NCBI RefSeq assembly: GCF_006345805.1 | Contig: NC_043009.1 | Span: 13,950,001-14,014,000 of the forward strand | Direction: 5' to 3' | DNA from: Octopus sinensis | Lineage: Eukaryota | Length of the DNA: 64,000 nucleotides | Shown here: positions 25,419 to 37,260 of the stretch, piece by piece | Position numbering within the stretch: position 1 is the stretch's first letter | Layout: the number at the start of each line of letters is the position of its first letter | Notes under the pieces: model-generated | What the model saw: the letters and a program-made list of their open reading frames with translations, nothing else | Databases searched by the model: none | Told to the model about the DNA's origin: nothing | Made by a program: the position numbers and the translations under genes

Positions 25419-25827
25419 TAGGCGCAGGAGTGGCTGTGTGGTAAGTAGCTTGTTTACCAACCACATGGTTCCGGGTTCAGTCTCACTGCGTGGCACCTTG
25501 GGCAAGTGTCTTCTACTTTGGCCTCGGGCCGACCAAAGCCTTATGAGTGGATTTGGTAGACGGAAATTAAAAGAAGCCAGTCGTATATATGTATATATAT
25601 ATATGTGTGTGTGTGTGTTTGTGTGTCTGTGTTTGACCCCTAGCATTGCTTGACAACCGATGCTGGTATGTTTATGTCCCCGTTAATTAGCGGTTCGGCA
25701 AAAGAGACCGATAGAATAAGTACTGGGCTTACAAAAGAATAGGTCCCGGGGTCGAGTTGCTCGATTAAAGGCGGTGCTCCAGAATGGCCGCAGCCAGATG
25801 ACTGAAACAAGTAAAAGAGTAAAAGAG
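25419..25827 (+). mobile_element. SINE family C, full length
   Basis: Head, CORE-like GCACCTTGGGCAAGTGTCTT, internal (TA)/(GT), tail (GTAAAAGA)2; inserted at the SINE A tail. Confidence 0.9.
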
Positions 25828-26603
25828 TATATACGTGTGTGCTTCTCTGCGTCTGCATGTGTATGTGTGTGTGCGCGCGCGCGTGTGTAGCACGTGCATG
25901 CCTGTGCGCGTATGTGAGGGTGTACGTATGCATGCGTGAATGTATGTGTGAGTGTATGTGTGCATGTGCGTGCGCGTGCGCGGGCGTGTACATGTTCTTG
26001 TGTTTGTTTTAAGAACTTCCTCGACTACAGACAGATTATTTTGCGAATGTAATTGTCATTCGGATTAAAAATAATAACGGCAATTTTCAGCGGGGGTGGA
26101 GATTTCTGATGCTCTAAAACGAAATAGATATTAAAATTGTGTTGGATTGTTTTCTTTCGTTTCAAATTTATCTTAGAATCCACATTTTCTGGAACTTTCC
26201 AGATTATGAATAAGAATTTCTAAAACACACAAAAAAAAAATTACCTTTTTTTTTATATATTAGCAATTTCACTCAATCTTTTATAACAGTATTTAACACA
26301 GAAATAAAGATAAAGAGATAAATTATTGCTGCTACAAAGAAAATGGTTCTGTTGCGCAGTTGAAGAAGAGTGGGGTGGTGTATGCGCGGCGCGTATGACT
26401 TCTTCAGAGAGACTGTGAAAGAGAGGAAGATAGAGACAGTAAGGGAGAGAATGCATCTGTGTGTATGTGTGGGCGCGAAAACCATAATTTTCTTCTTGTT
26501 TTATATTTTTTTATTATTCTGGGATGAGGAACAGTCATTTGAAGTAACATGAAAATTTGCAACCAGAGAGACATGTAGATAGAACGTGAAATAGATGCAT
26601 AGA

Positions 26604-26811
26604 TGGTGGATGGATGGATGGATGGATGGATGGATGGATGGATGGATGGATAGATGGATGGATGGATGGATAGATGGATGGATGGATGGATAGATGGATG
26701 GATGGATGTATCAACAGACCAGGACATACACGCGGATATGTTGTGCGCCTGTATTTGTATGTACATACGTGTGTATATGTGTGTGTAGATAGATAGATAG
26801 ATAGATAGATG

Positions 26812-26878
<67 letters not shown>

Positions 26879-26879
26879 G

Positions 26880-26970
<91 letters not shown>

Positions 26971-26982
26971 GGATAGATAGAT
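26604..26982. repeat. (GGAT)n and (GATA)n tetranucleotide arrays
   Basis: Seen directly. Confidence 0.95.
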
Positions 26983-27226
26983 TACAATTTGCTATGTGTG
27001 CGCGAGTCTTTGTGTATTTATAGGTGAGTGAATTCGTGTGCCCTCCTTATGTGTGCACATACATGCGCATATATATTCATTTCCGACTCTGTCAATACGT
27101 GTATCAATATGTATGTACTTTACCTGCCGACCGACGTGTATGTGTGTTAATAATTATACATATGCAAACATAAATGTATTGAAAGGTATATGTGTACACG
27201 AGTGTAACAGTTTGTGTGTGTGCGTA

Positions 27227-27309
<83 letters not shown>

Positions 27310-27696
27310 GTATATATATATACACATATATATATACATATTTGTATGTGTTTCGACTCTTTACATATATGCGTGTTTTCGTTTATGGGTGTTCGTATCC
27401 GTGTATACCTATGTGTTTCCAATTTTCAAGCATAAAATTGGAAATTATAATCTTAATCCTTTGCATAACTAAGTTTTTCTATTTAAACTAGAAATTAAAC
27501 TTTACATAACTGCATTATTTTTAATGCACGCACGCATGTACCTGAGTGCTCGTGCGTGAATATCTATGTATGTAGCTACAAACACACACACACACATACA
27601 CAATATATATATATATATATATATACATATATACATATATCTACATACACACATATATATATGTATATATATATTATATATATATGTATATATATA

Positions 27697-28211
27697 TCTA
27701 TATATATAAAACTGTAGTTGTGTGAGTGTCTGTCCCCTTCGATTTAGATTCCTAACTACTTCCACATTTTGCGGTGCAGTTTAACCAAATTCGGGTATCT
27801 TATAGTCGTGATTCATATCGAGCCCGTCTGAGTATTAGCGCGCGTCTACGACGAGTCTACGTTTTTAAAAATAATTTAACATCATTTTTTATTCCATTTT
27901 AATGCATAAAATGCATCGTGTGTCGATGGCGGCGGAGTTGGCGTCCATGGTCACACCTGCACCTGTTTGCTTCTCCCCCTTCTTCCCTCCCTCGTGAAGC
28001 TGTGGGGAAGGGAGTGTAAGGAAATTAACGTCGTAAAGCGTTGTCAAGGAGACCAGCGTTCTTTTAGAACAACGACTTCATGGCTTGAAGACACCAAAAC
28101 AGAAATGGCTAAGAAAGCCCGAATTGGCATCTATAAGGGAAGCAACTCTCTAAAAATGCTTATATAGTTATTTCCCTTACAAACCCGAGCAACGCCGGGC
28201 GATACTGCTAG
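27697..28211 (+). mobile_element. Non-autonomous Helitron, unit 1 of head-to-tail trimer
   Basis: 5' TC preceded by A; 3' hairpin CCCGAGCAACGCCGGG then CTAG. Confidence 0.85.
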
Positions 28212-28717
28212 TCTTTATATATAAAAGTAAGGTTGTGTGTCTGTCTGCTACGATTTAGATTCCTAACTACTCCCACATTTTGCGGTGCAGTTTAACCAAA
28301 ACGGGTATCTTATAGTCGTGATTCATATCGAGCCCGTCTGAGTATTAGCGCGCGTCTACGATGAGTCTACGTTTTTAGAAATAATTTAACATCATTTTTT
28401 ATTCCATTTTAATGCATAATTTTTCGTGTGTCGATGGCGGCGGAGTTGGCGTCCATGGTCACACCTGCACCTGTTTGCTTCTCCCCCTTCTTCCCTCCCT
28501 CGTGAAGCTGTGGGGAAGGGAGTGTAAGGAAATTAACGTCGTAAAGCGTTGTCAAGGAGACCAGCGTTCTTTTAGAACAACGACTTCATGGCTTGAAGAC
28601 ACCAAACAGAAATGGCTAAGAAGCCCGAATTGGCATCTATAAGGGAAGCAACTCTCTAAAAATGCTTATATAGTTATTTCCCTTACAAACCCGAGCAACG
28701 CCGGGCGATACTGCTAG
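28212..28717 (+). mobile_element. Non-autonomous Helitron, unit 2
   Basis: Exact CTAG|TC junctions on both sides; near-identical to unit 1. Confidence 0.85.
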
Positions 28718-29115
28718 TCTTTATATATAAAAGTAAGGTTGTGTGTCTGTCTGCTACGATTTAGATTCCTAACTACTCCCACATTTTGCGGTGCAGTTTA
28801 ACCAAAACCGGGTATCTTATAGTCGGGATCCATATCGAGCCCTTCTGAGTATTAGCGCGCGTCTACGATGAGTCTACGATTTAAAAAAAAATTTACCATC
28901 ATTTTTTTCCATTTTAATGCATTTTTTTCGCTATTATATAAGGGAAGTAACTCTCTAAAAATGTCTACGATGAGTCAACGATTTAAAAAAAAATTAACCA
29001 TCATTTTTTTTTTCCATTTTTAATGCATTTTTTGCTACTTTTTGGCTATAACACTATAAATGCTTATATAGTTATTTCCCTTACAAACCCGAGCAACGCC
29101 GGGTGATACTGCTAG
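28718..29115 (+). mobile_element. Non-autonomous Helitron, unit 3 (variant interior)
   Basis: Same ends, CTAG followed by T; lacks the GC-rich middle and has an internal duplication. Confidence 0.85.
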
Positions 29116-29170
29116 TATATATATATAATATTAATAATATATACTATATATATTATATATATATATATAG

Positions 29171-29392
29171 TTAATCCAACAAACAAGAAAGCACAAAAAA
29201 ACACAACGCGAGGACGTGGAACAAATATAGTATTATTGAACGCTCAGGAAAGAAGGAGGGTTTAACGTTTCGAGCGGAGCTCTTCGTCGGAAACATAGGA
29301 GAAGGAAAGATCCAGAGAAGGGAAGACAGAGGAAAAAAATCGCCAACGGTACACATGAGGTCACATTTTGAAAGACCGGAAGGAAAACGCAC
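29171..29392 (-). mobile_element. PLE-type non-autonomous repeat (F2) ending in (TA)n
   Basis: Unique block abutting (TA)n with an HHR-like motif. Confidence 0.55.
29261..29293 (-). ncRNA. Minimal hammerhead-like motif (U4->C)
   Basis: TTT-CCGACGA-A-GAGC tcc GCTC-GAAA-CG-TT-AAA. Confidence 0.5.
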
Positions 29393-30386
29393 ATATATTG
29401 CAGTGTATCGTGTATACTATGACACTCTCTTGGTGTTTGGAATCATCAAGAAAGACGTAGACCAGTACTTACTACCGAATTTTATATCAAAATAAGCTTT
29501 TCCTAATGCTGACATATCGCCCTGTTTTTTTTCAGCGCATCGAATACTATCTAAGAATTTCTGAATCTCTCTCTTGCCTGTCCATCACGTCCTCAAGAAA
29601 GCAGTCCACCAGTGCCTAGATCATTTGGTGTCAGAGGCTCAACGACACTGCTGTATACAAATTGCGATATTTAATATATCTCTATAGTTATTATTTTGGC
29701 ATTAATTTCTAGAGAAAGAATTCATTTGGTTCAACGGCTGAATATTCGTCGTTAATACCAACGGAGAATCGACATTATTTAGTTGTTTCACGCTACACAA
29801 ATTATAAACACAAGTATATATTTTGCAAACAATAGTGGGGAAACCTATGTTCTGTCTGTGACACTGACTAATGAAAGACAGTAAGCTGTTTGGAAAATCT
29901 ACTAATTTGGAATCTATAAATCTTTTTTCGTTTCACCTAGAACTGACCTGTCTCTAATGGAATGGTCACATTTACAAAGACGAATACATTCTAGACTTTC
30001 GACAATTCAATAACTGCGTATGTCTTTATTTATGTATGTATGTATGTAGTATGTATGTATGTATGTATGTATGTATGTGTATGCATGTGTGTGTTTGTAT
30101 GTATGTATATACGTTCGTACGTATGTATCTATGCGTATCTATCTATATATATATGTATGTGTGCATAAGTATACGCACACACGCCCGCACGCGTATATAT
30201 ATATATATGTATATATATGTATATATATATAGATATAGATGTGTGTATTTTTTCCCGTGTTAACAATTAACACGGAAAAATAGATAAGTAGTTACCCGGG
30301 CAGCAAAAAATCACACAAGTAAAAAGGTTGTAACTCCTTGTTTTTAAAGGTAGAAACTTCGGGTTTACCTGAAATATTTTGTATAA

Positions 30387-30647
30387 TATATATAAATAAA
30401 TAAATGGAGTTAAACGCAGGGGTTATTCAAATTCTTTTACTTCCGACACATGTTTCGAAGATATCATTGGTATTATTCCAAAGGAATAAAATGGTGTAAA
30501 ACAATTTAATCTTCTCTTCAGGGAAATGAAGATTACATTGTTTTACACCATTTTATTCCTTTGGAATAATACCAGTGATATCTTCGAAACGTGTCGGAAG
30601 TAAAAGAATTTGAATAACACTGCATTTAACTCCATTTATTTATATAT

Positions 30648-30648
<1 letters not shown>
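30387..30648. mobile_element. HHR-bearing head-to-head palindrome (F6) between TA-rich tracts
   Basis: Arms about 30387-30514 and 30528-30648 with a few substitutions; solo copy at 43942-44066. Confidence 0.75.
30441..30525 (-). ncRNA. Complete type I hammerhead ribozyme motif
   Basis: TTCC-CTGAAGA-GAAGAT(long loop)ATCTTC-GAAA-CATGTG-TC-GGAA: canonical core, 6-bp stem II, GUC triplet. Confidence 0.8.
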
Positions 30649-30719
<71 letters not shown>

Positions 30720-31202
30720 ATATTATTCGTTTATTACTTATTTCTATGCATTGCACTGTTTCAAATTTATAGAATATAGTAACTAGACAAAAATATGCTG
30801 TAGAACTGGGATGTCAATTTTCTTCCTGAAAGGCGACATTTCACTCTGTCACTTCACATCCACAGATGCAAATTTTACTGTTTCTCTTCATTTGTCATTA
30901 TAACATCACCTAGAAGCAAATCAGTTCTATAATTGTTTCCCTAGCACAGCATAACATGCGATCTTGCTCATATAGGTTACTGACATGTGATTCACGAGAA
31001 TGATTCATAACTACGTGGTTCCGGTTTCGATATTACTGTGCAGTACCTTAGCTAAGTGTTTTCTACTAGTGTTCAGTTTCTTAATAGTACTACTTGTAGT
31101 GTTCAGTTTCTTAATAGAATTTAATTGCGACAACTATACAGATAGACAACCTCTTAAATAGTCTTTCTGTGTCTATCACGGTCTGCTTTGAATTCAATAC
31201 AT

Positions 31203-31621
31203 GGATCTTTTCGGTTTGAATGGCACTTTTTTCTAGGGGTGTCATATGAAATTGTCACCCATAATTATGAACTTAGTATCGATCTATTGCATTTCAATCT
31301 GTTTTAGGGTTAGGGTTAGGGTTAGGGGTGGGGGGTATCTTTTTTTCTTCACAAATGTAAATAAACCCACTCTGTTTCTTAAACGAGGGACATATTCATA
31401 CGGCACAGAATGTTTTTTTAGCTCAATAGACGTCAGTGATTGGTTGAAATTGCAGATATTGAAGAAAACAAACAACAAATATCTTACAAACTATAGAATT
31501 TTCTCAATAAAGCCAAGAGAAAAAGATGTTTTATAAACACATTCTACCAGTATACGAAGTTTAAATTTTTTTAGTTACCTAGAAATTATGTTAAAAACTG
31601 CCGTTCAAACCGAAAAGATCC
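31203..31621. mobile_element. MITE with 28-bp TIR, 8-bp TSD and internal (TTAGGG)4
   Basis: TIR GGATCTTTTCGGTTTGAA(T/C)GGCA(C/G)TTTT; TSD CAATACAT at 31195-31202 and 31622-31629; TTAGGG x4 at 31304-31327. Confidence 0.85.
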
Positions 31622-33091
31622 CAATACATTAAATTTTCGTTAATCACAATTCCGGCGTTTTTCTTCTTCTTCTTTCTGTTTTTCTTAATTTCTTAATTTA
31701 TTTGTTTCTGCCTACATGAAGCCGTACACATTATCAAAATGGCGAGCTGGTTGAATCGTTAGCACGCTGGACGAACTGCTTAGCAGTATTTCGCCCGTCC
31801 TACCAGCGAAACATTGAAGTCGATGTAAATCGATTTATCCCCTCCCCACAAATTTGAGGCCTTGTGCCTCCAGTAGAAAGGTTTATTAAAAAGCACACCA
31901 AATGCGATGAACTGGTAGATTCGTTTCGCGCCCAATCAAATACCTAATGACATCTCTTCCGGTTTAACGTTCCGAGTTCGAATTCCGCCGAAATCGACTT
32001 TACCTTTCGGCTTTTTGGTGGTCGATGCGATGAATACCAGTCATGCACTAGCTCGTTGTAATCAAGTAGCACCCTACCACAAAATTTCAGGCCTTTTACC
32101 TAAAGAAGAGAGTATTATTGCACACCAGACAAACCACATTTCTTCTGGCTTTACAAGGTGAATTCAAAATCCGCCATGATCGACTATTCCTTTAATCTTA
32201 CGAAGTCCATATAATAACTATCTATCCAGAACTGGTGTTGATGCAATCAACTAGCCTCCCCTCAATAAAATGTCAGCTTTTGTGTCTATAGTAGGAAAAA
32301 TTATCAAGGAGCACTCTAAAAATAACCGTTATTAATCACATTTCTTTCCCCCTACCTGAAATAACCAACAGAATTACAAGGGCTGTGTTTTTAGAATCAT
32401 GTATATTAGAATTATGTATAAAGTCTTATCTTCAACAAACTCCACGAACCTCCAATCAACGTTTCCCCTTCCCACTCTCCCATCCAGTAAGCTACTTATA
32501 TAAACACACACGTTTAACATAGAATAAATATTTGACTAAATAAGCGATATTTAAAAACATATAAGGTTTATTTACATATCTTTAATACATTATTTATAAG
32601 GTTCGTTCATCGAATCCCGAACAACAACGCAAAAATATGTTAAATATTTCTTGGATTACGAAAAGATTTACAAAACAACCCAGCTATATAAATAAATCTT
32701 TCTTTCTTCTTAGAACCTCGGCCTCTCTCGAAATCCGCAACCCAGTCATGCATTAATCTGCATTGTATTTAAATTTCCCTATCATCGCATTCTAATCAGA
32801 TTTTTAAAATTATAACACACACACACACATATAGTATTTGTCGCCCCGTTTTCATGGCTGTTCGGTTCGAACGGACGTTACTGCAATATTTTAATCCCGA
32901 GAGGACGTTTTCTCAAGCTGGTTAACGATGCAACCTGCATCCGATATATTGTGAGCAGAGGAGCAAATCCCTGCCACCTTTTAGCGACGGGACAAGCAGA
33001 CCATTCTGGTTTCGGGCTATTTTGGCCCTTCCACAGTGCTGGACACGTCGTCTGCTAGAGATGACAGTAGCTCACTTCTGTTCGCAATATA

Positions 33092-33803
33092 CAGGGTGAT
33101 TGAAAAGTAACTCCCTATTTTAAAATACTTATAATTTATTTATTAACTAGAATTTTTAGAAAAAACGAATATGTAAAGAAATTGTATAGCATGGAATTTT
33201 ATTTAGAATTTGATATAGCACCAGCATTCACCACCAGCTTCTGAAGCCGCCTGGGAACCACATCAACTGATTTCATCAGGAACTCTTGTGGAATGAAAGA
33301 CATAACTTCTCGTATTCACCCTTCAAGTTCTTCCAAAGTCGTTGGTTTGGTAGAGAAGACTTCCTCCTTTAACCAACCCCCAAAGAAAACAGTCGCAGGG
33401 TGTTAAATCAGGGCTTCTGGCCAGCCAGTCATGCGTACCTTGAGGAATTGGAAGGACGACCACTTCAAGTATCAGCTACAAATCCTGTAGTCATGAATTT
33501 TGCATGGCAATTCTTTGCATCAACTTGAGCATGTCTTCTTTTAATGGTCCTCCACCATCTTTGCACTTGAACAACTGATCTCCAAACTTCGTAACGTTCT
33601 GCTAGCTGGGCACAGTGCGACATCCAGCCATGTTTGTAGGGCTTCTAAATTTCAAACAAAATAATCAATCTGAAAAAAAACAACAACATGGAATCAATTC
33701 CCGTACATTAAAGAACATACACGACAAATTTGAGAAAAAAAATTATAGTTAATAAATAAATTATAAGCATTTTAAGATAGGGAGTTACTTTCCAATCACC
33801 CTG
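33092..33803 (-). mobile_element. Internally deleted Tc1/mariner-superfamily transposon
   Basis: TA TSD; about 58-bp TIR CAGGGTGATTGAAAAGTAACTCCCTA; minus-strand remnants RSVVQVQRWWR and WLARSPDLTPCDCFL.GWLKEEVF..KPTTLEEL (WPPRSPDLTPCDFFLWG-type motif). Confidence 0.9.
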
Positions 33804-34168
33804 TATATAAATTCAAGCGATATTCAGTCGCTGATATTGCAACAAGCAAAGAAACTAGTTAACGCGATAACTGTACTGGCAAGTAATGCTTGTCGCCACT
33901 TCAACATGGCTGAGGAAGGGCAGAAATAGCCCGAAACTAGACTGGTCAGCTGGTCCTGTCACTAAAAGGTGGTAGGGGTTCGCTCCTCTGCTCGCATCGT
34001 GAACGAGCAAGAGGAATTTCCTCGGGTTTAAAAACATCGCAGTAACGTTCGTTCTAACGGAATAGCCATGTTGAAGTGGCAACAAATATTACTTGCCAGT
34101 ACAGTTACTGCTTCCACCTCTTCCAGAGATTCCGTAACTAGCTTCTTTTTGCTCTTATATATACATAC

Positions 34169-34222
<54 letters not shown>

Positions 34223-34401
34223 ACACGCGCGCATATATATATATATATATATATGTAACCTGCTTATAAACAAGGGCAAAAGAAAAAAAATTAATGCCAA
34301 AACTGCTGAAAATAGACAAAATGTCAATAAACATTATAGTTTATCACTATTAACACGCGTCTCGAAATAAGCCGACAGAAATTTCTAAAACATTCCGTTA
34401 T

Positions 34402-34575
34402 TATCGTATCGATCCCAATTTCAGAGTTAATTCATAAGATTTTTCTCCTCGTCAGCGATAAATACGGTAAGAAATAAATGAAATACTTACTTATACCCTT
34501 GGAAGAAGCAAACCCCTTGCTGACGAGGAGAAAATTATCATCAGTATATATTGTGACTCCGAAAGGCATGTTATT
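34402..34575. ncRNA. Decayed head-to-head pair of hammerhead-like motifs
   Basis: Minus: CTGACGA-GGAG..CTCT-GAAA-TTGGGA-TC (34402-34460); plus: CTGACGA-GGAG..CTCC-GAAA (34520-34564); 16-bp perfect IR, otherwise diverged; stem I broken in both. Confidence 0.4.
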
Positions 34576-34682
34576 CATAACCAGAGAGTTTGTGGTACAT
34601 GATTACCTGAGATTCATAGTAATTTAAGTCTAATTACATCTTGTTGTTCTAGATGCTACTTATGTTCTTGTTACAGTTGTTG

Positions 34683-34994
34683 TTGTTGAGCGAACGGTCT
34701 TCGTCCCAGAGCTCGCAAGATGGGAGAAGTCCGAAACGTGGTCCTTTGCTATTCGTAAGAACCACAGAAAAGAAAGCAGATCAACTCTCGACACTGAGAG
34801 CATCGACGGATGGATGAATGCGCATCCAGGCTCAGCGGTTGCGTAGGAAGTTGGGGACAAGAAACAGGAAGAAAGAGTGAGAGTTTTAGGTGTTTTCGCT
34901 CAATAAACACACACAACGCCCAGTCTGGGAATCGAAACTGCGATCCTCCGACCGCGAGTCCGCTGCCCTAACCATTGGGCCATTGCACCTCCAC
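34683..34994 (-). mobile_element. SINE family B, tail type 2, with TSD
   Basis: Intact head; TSD TTACAGTTGTTG at 34671-34682 and 34995-35006. Confidence 0.9.
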
Positions 34995-35280
34995 TTACAG
35001 TTGTTGCTGATATTACTGATTTCTGCTACTGTTATCAATACTACTGTAGTTTAAACCAAGGTTAGATTAGATCGCTTTACCCTTTACTATATTATCCCTA
35101 TAATATTTATCCCCACTTAAACGTGGATGTTCGATTAGAACAAACTATACCGCTGTAGATACTATGAAAGAAACTTTCATCTTGGCTTTTGGTCCAAAAT
35201 GCACTATATTACCTCTCGGTAACAATATTCCCTCTTTCGATAATATATATTTTTAACAAGCTCACTGGCTAGGCGCGACA

Positions 35281-35327
<47 letters not shown>

Positions 35328-35360
35328 ACTTTATTTAAAGCAGCAGAAATTCAACAAAAC

Positions 35361-35398
35361 CTGTTACTCTGAGTTTCCCGTTGCCGTTCATCGGACAG
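35361..35398 (-). ncRNA. Hammerhead-like motif (U4->C), left arm
   Basis: CTGT-CCGATGA-ACG gcaa CGG-GAAA-CTC a GAG-TA-ACAG. Confidence 0.5.
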
Positions 35399-35414
35399 TT
35401 TTTGCTAGCAAAAA

Positions 35415-35451
35415 CTGTCCGATGAACGGCAACGGGAAACTCAGAGTAACA
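35415..35451 (+). ncRNA. Hammerhead-like motif (U4->C), right arm
   Basis: Same as the left arm; GUA triplet at 35446-35448. Confidence 0.5.
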
Positions 35452-35630
35452 AGTTTTGTTGAATTTTCTGCTGCTTTAAATAAAGCATATTACTCTACCA
35501 CTGGTATTTGAGTACTCTTTTTTTCACCTTGTTTCACATTTATGTGTTTACTCCGGTATACATATATATATATATATATATATATCGCTGACTGGGAGAT
35601 GAGTTGCTGCTGTCTCCAGCAGTCAAGTAT

Positions 35631-35677
35631 CCATCATTGACGAGACTAAGGAAGGTCGAAATTACGAAATCTGGTGG
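35631..35677 (+). ncRNA. Type I hammerhead motif (C3->U)
   Basis: CCATCA-TTGACGA-GAC taaggaag GTC-GAAA-TT acga AA-TC-TGGTGG: 6-bp stem I, 3-bp stem II, AUC triplet. Confidence 0.6.
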
Positions 35678-36373
35678 TCTTGGCGCTGGAGATGGCGGCG
35701 GTTTATCTCTCTGCTAGCGATAGAAGCAGGCGTGCATTTTGCACCAAAAGCCAATATGAGATTCTCTCTCATGGTATCTACCACAGTATAGTTTGTTCTT
35801 ATAGAACATCCACGTTTAAGAGGTTAATACTTCTCGATATTCATACGGCTTCTGTTGCTAAAATATAGTTTCGCCTTGTTCTTCGTTTTTAAGTTGATAG
35901 AGTGTGATTTCGGATCTTACTGCCATTTCTAGCAGCACGAGCAGTTACACAGGCCCCTGATCCTTCTACTTCATTAGTTTAGTACTACTAGTTAATACTG
36001 TTATTGTTGCTGTTGCTGTTGTTGTTGTTGTTGTTGTTCTTGTTCTTGTTGTTGTTGTTGTTGTTGTTGTTAAGCAGTGCCAGAGAAATATCCGGTTATG
36101 AGATCCATTTAAATGTACCCTTACATACGCATGCACAAACACACACAAACCTACACACGCACACACATACAAAGACACGGGCACGTACGCACACACTCAC
36201 ACACGCATACACACACTTTAAAGTGATGACATGGGGGTGGTTCATTAAGGAAACGAGCTGTGTAGAGTAATTAACAAGATAGGGGTAACTACATTATAGT
36301 ACAAAGAATAGTGAGAGAGGAGGGAGCGGCACATGGAACGGCCTGCTTAGGGCGAGGAAATGAAACATTGTGT

Positions 36374-36608
36374 TACTCTTTACTCTTTTACTTGTTTCAG
36401 TCATTTGACTGCGGCCATGCTGGAGCACCGCCTTTAGTCGAGCAAATGGATCCCGGGACTTATTCTTTGTAAGCCCAGTACTTATTCTATCGGTCTCTTT
36501 TGCCGAACCGCTACATTACAGGGACGTAAACTCACCAGCATCGGTTGTCAAGCAATGCTAGGGGGACAAACACAGACACACAAACATACACACACACACT
36601 TATATATA

Positions 36609-36655
<47 letters not shown>

Positions 36656-36773
36656 TACGACAGGCTTCTTTCAGTTTCCGTCTACCAAATCCACTCACAA
36701 GGCTTTTGTTGACCTGAGGCTATAGTAGAAGACACTTGCCCAAGCTACTTACCACACAGCCACTCCTGCGCCT
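36374..36773 (-). mobile_element. SINE family C with internal deletion
   Basis: Reverse-complement match to 56491-56900; part of the head deleted near 36742. Confidence 0.85.
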
Positions 36774-37054
36774 ATGTGTTATTCATGTTTTGTGTAAACC
36801 CAATGTGTTTATACATTTATTTCCTTCATGTGTGGACTCTTGCCTAAATAACAAATCGATAGCTGAATATATTATAATCATCAAACATACAGCTGTGTGT
36901 ATACAAATGTGCGTGGATGTATATATGTCTACTTTTGCACTCACATATACACACGCGTCTTAATTTATATATGTTGTACAACTGATTAAAAATTTTCATG
37001 TTAGTATGCTTACAAGTAGTGTGGTATGTGTATATGTGTGTGTTTGTGTGCAGT

Positions 37055-37110
<56 letters not shown>

Positions 37111-37260
37111 AAGAAAGAGAGTGTGTGTGAGAGAGAGTTTATGCAGCAACACATAATTAAAACGTGAATATCTGCGTTGCTACAGTGTCAGACATTTAAT
37201 TGGGAATATAATGGTTCTTTCTCTGTTGAAGACTATTCACTGCAATATAATATATGTATA

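Larger units (their letters stand above)
35329..35557. mobile_element. HHR-bearing head-to-head palindrome (F7) between (TA)n tracts
   Basis: Arms 35329-35406 and 35407-35485, zero spacer; the direct arm continues to (TA)n near 35560. Confidence 0.75.

Noticed and set aside
22788-29115. Tandem SINE A multimers and the Helitron trimer as CRISPR-like arrays
   Set aside because: No unique spacers between short repeats, no cas genes, eukaryotic context.
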